Below, piece after piece: positions 62,322 through 64,000 of a stretch of DNA of 64,000 bases (position 1 is its first letter; each line of letters starts with the position of its first letter). The DNA is from Azolla caroliniana (taxonomy: Eukaryota > Plantae > Polypodiophyta), in contig JBHGNT010000013.1 of the NCBI GenBank assembly GCA_043228905.1, positions 5,084,001 through 5,148,000 on the forward strand, in the 5' to 3' direction. The position numbers and the translations under genes were made by a program. Below the pieces are notes generated by a model that was not told where the DNA came from, did not search any database, and saw nothing but the letters and a program-made list of their open reading frames with translations.

Positions 62322-64000
62322 TGTAACGATTTCTATCACTTACTTTCTCACTCCTCTTCCATATTATATCATTTACTAATTTCCCTTTTGCCAACCTTAC
62401 TAATGCTTAGGTTACCAAATTTTATTGCCTTGTTATTATTTCCATTATTGTTTACTTCCATTACAATGTAATCAACTTGTGTGTTTCATCGATGTTGCAC
62501 CTACGTTGCACCGATTCCACTTGAAATTAGTTGTACTTCTTTTTTTAATAATTTATTTAGGGCAAAAACGTGGTCATAATGTTACTTTATCAAAGGGACT
62601 CCAATGAGGTTACACCTACTAGCATGAATCACATACTTTTGTTAACATTATATGTTACAAATTGTTTATGTAATTTCATGGATACATTCATAGATTGGCA
62701 CATGCGTCATATTCGTCATATTCTCCATGCGTCATATTCGTCATATTCGAGAATACGAAATGGCCCCAAGAATATTATAAAACCATTAGTTTTACAAAAT
62801 AAATATACAAAATATTTATTTATTCATTTTTATATTTAAATAAATTTAATTAACTAAAATAAGAACAATCATTCATTAATAGATTATAAAAATATGATTA
62901 GTATTAACTCTCCTTTATAGTGTCAAATAAAAAATGGAGAAGTTTATAAATGTTACCACCACCAACACGAAGTAACTAAAAAAACCATGGTTTAATTAAC
63001 GTAATAATTACACAAACTCCATAAGTACTAACTCCCAAAATTGGGGTCTGCCCTCCTAGAAAAATAGGCTTCTATTAAATAGGACTCATTGGAATGTCAA
63101 ACGTTCACTAATTGAACCGTTTGCACTTCCAAGGTTCTTTATTTCTAGCAGTTTCTATATTTTAGGATACTTAACGGATGTAACACTCTCCCGCTAGGGA
63201 TGAGAGTTTTGACCACGAAACTAAGGCCCCTGTTTTAACTATGGTTTAGTGGCTCCATTAACCACTCAAAACCTGCTTGCCGTAGCGCCTCCTTAGTAAC
63301 CCACGAAGCTTCTACCAATGATGGCCCCTGCCACTTGATCAAGTAGCATTTTCTCCCTCTACGAACTTGTGCTTTTAATATAGCCTTTGATTCGTAAGGC
63401 ATGTTATTGGCTGCCTCACGACCCCATGTTTCATCTGTATGAAAACGGTTTAGTAGACTGACATGAAAAACATCGTGGATTTTGGAGGTTGTAGGTAATT
63501 GTAATTTGTAGGAGACGTTGTTGATCTGTTTTATTATCTTGTATGGGCTGTAGTATTTGTGATTGAACTTCGGTGTGAGACCTTGAGGTAATGGCCAATT
63601 AGCCGCACTGACTAATACTAAGTCTCCTGGAAAAAACTCCACATGTTCACGTTTCTTGTTGATCTGATTTATCATCTGGGATTTTGTCTTAGTCAAATGC
63701 ACTTCTGTTGCTTGCATTCTCTCTTTCCATTCTTCTAAAACCTTGCCTACATCTAGCTCTTCTACCTGTGTTTTGCTTGTATTATGCAATAAGGCAATTG
63801 GTGTGAGTACTTCTTTGCACGAACTCAAATGGAGAGAAACCTGCTGATGAGTGGATAGCTGCGTTGTAGCAGAACTCAAGCATGTCAACATGCTCCACCC
63901 AATCTGACTGATCTGCCTTGATGTAACAACGAATATAATCTTCGATGCCTTGATTCAGCCGCTCAATCTGTCCATCGGTTTGAGGATGTGCCGATGTTGA
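62322..64000 (-). mobile_element. 3' part of a Ty3/gypsy chromovirus (integrase C-terminus, chromodomain, PPT, 3' LTR about 62322-63185)
   Basis: ORF 63235-63891 has IHDVFHVSLL and chromodomain-like CYLIKWQG...ASW. HPQTDGQIERLN lies at the window end. Purine tract followed by TGTTACA at 63185. Confidence 0.85.

Overview
Plant nuclear DNA; a large-genome non-seed plant such as a fern is my inference from the Tcn1-like chromovirus and the overall TE landscape. Two heavily nested retrotransposon blocks (about 1-24 kb and 40-64 kb) flank a gene island. The island holds an intact PHT1 phosphate transporter with an intronless CDS (28665-30365, +) and a two-exon glycine-rich membrane-protein gene (39016-36379, -) that the ORF track misses. 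The TE blocks contain several Ty1/copia families (including one near-intact Tnt1/Tork-like copy at 53240-58940), a full-length Tcn1-like chromovirus, L1-type LINEs, a tRNA-derived SINE and several solo LTRs with target-site duplications (TSDs). The most notable observations are: (1) a 609-bp solo LTR carrying antisense copies of the primer-binding site (PBS) and U5/att ends of other retrotransposon families; (2) a chromovirus with a Tf1-style self-priming PBS and heat-shock elements; (3) a SINE with two convergent tRNA-type promoters, and an LTR with tRNA-like modules; (4) a hairpin enclosing the polypurine tract (PPT) in three copia elements. Coordinates were read by eye and may be off by a few bases.
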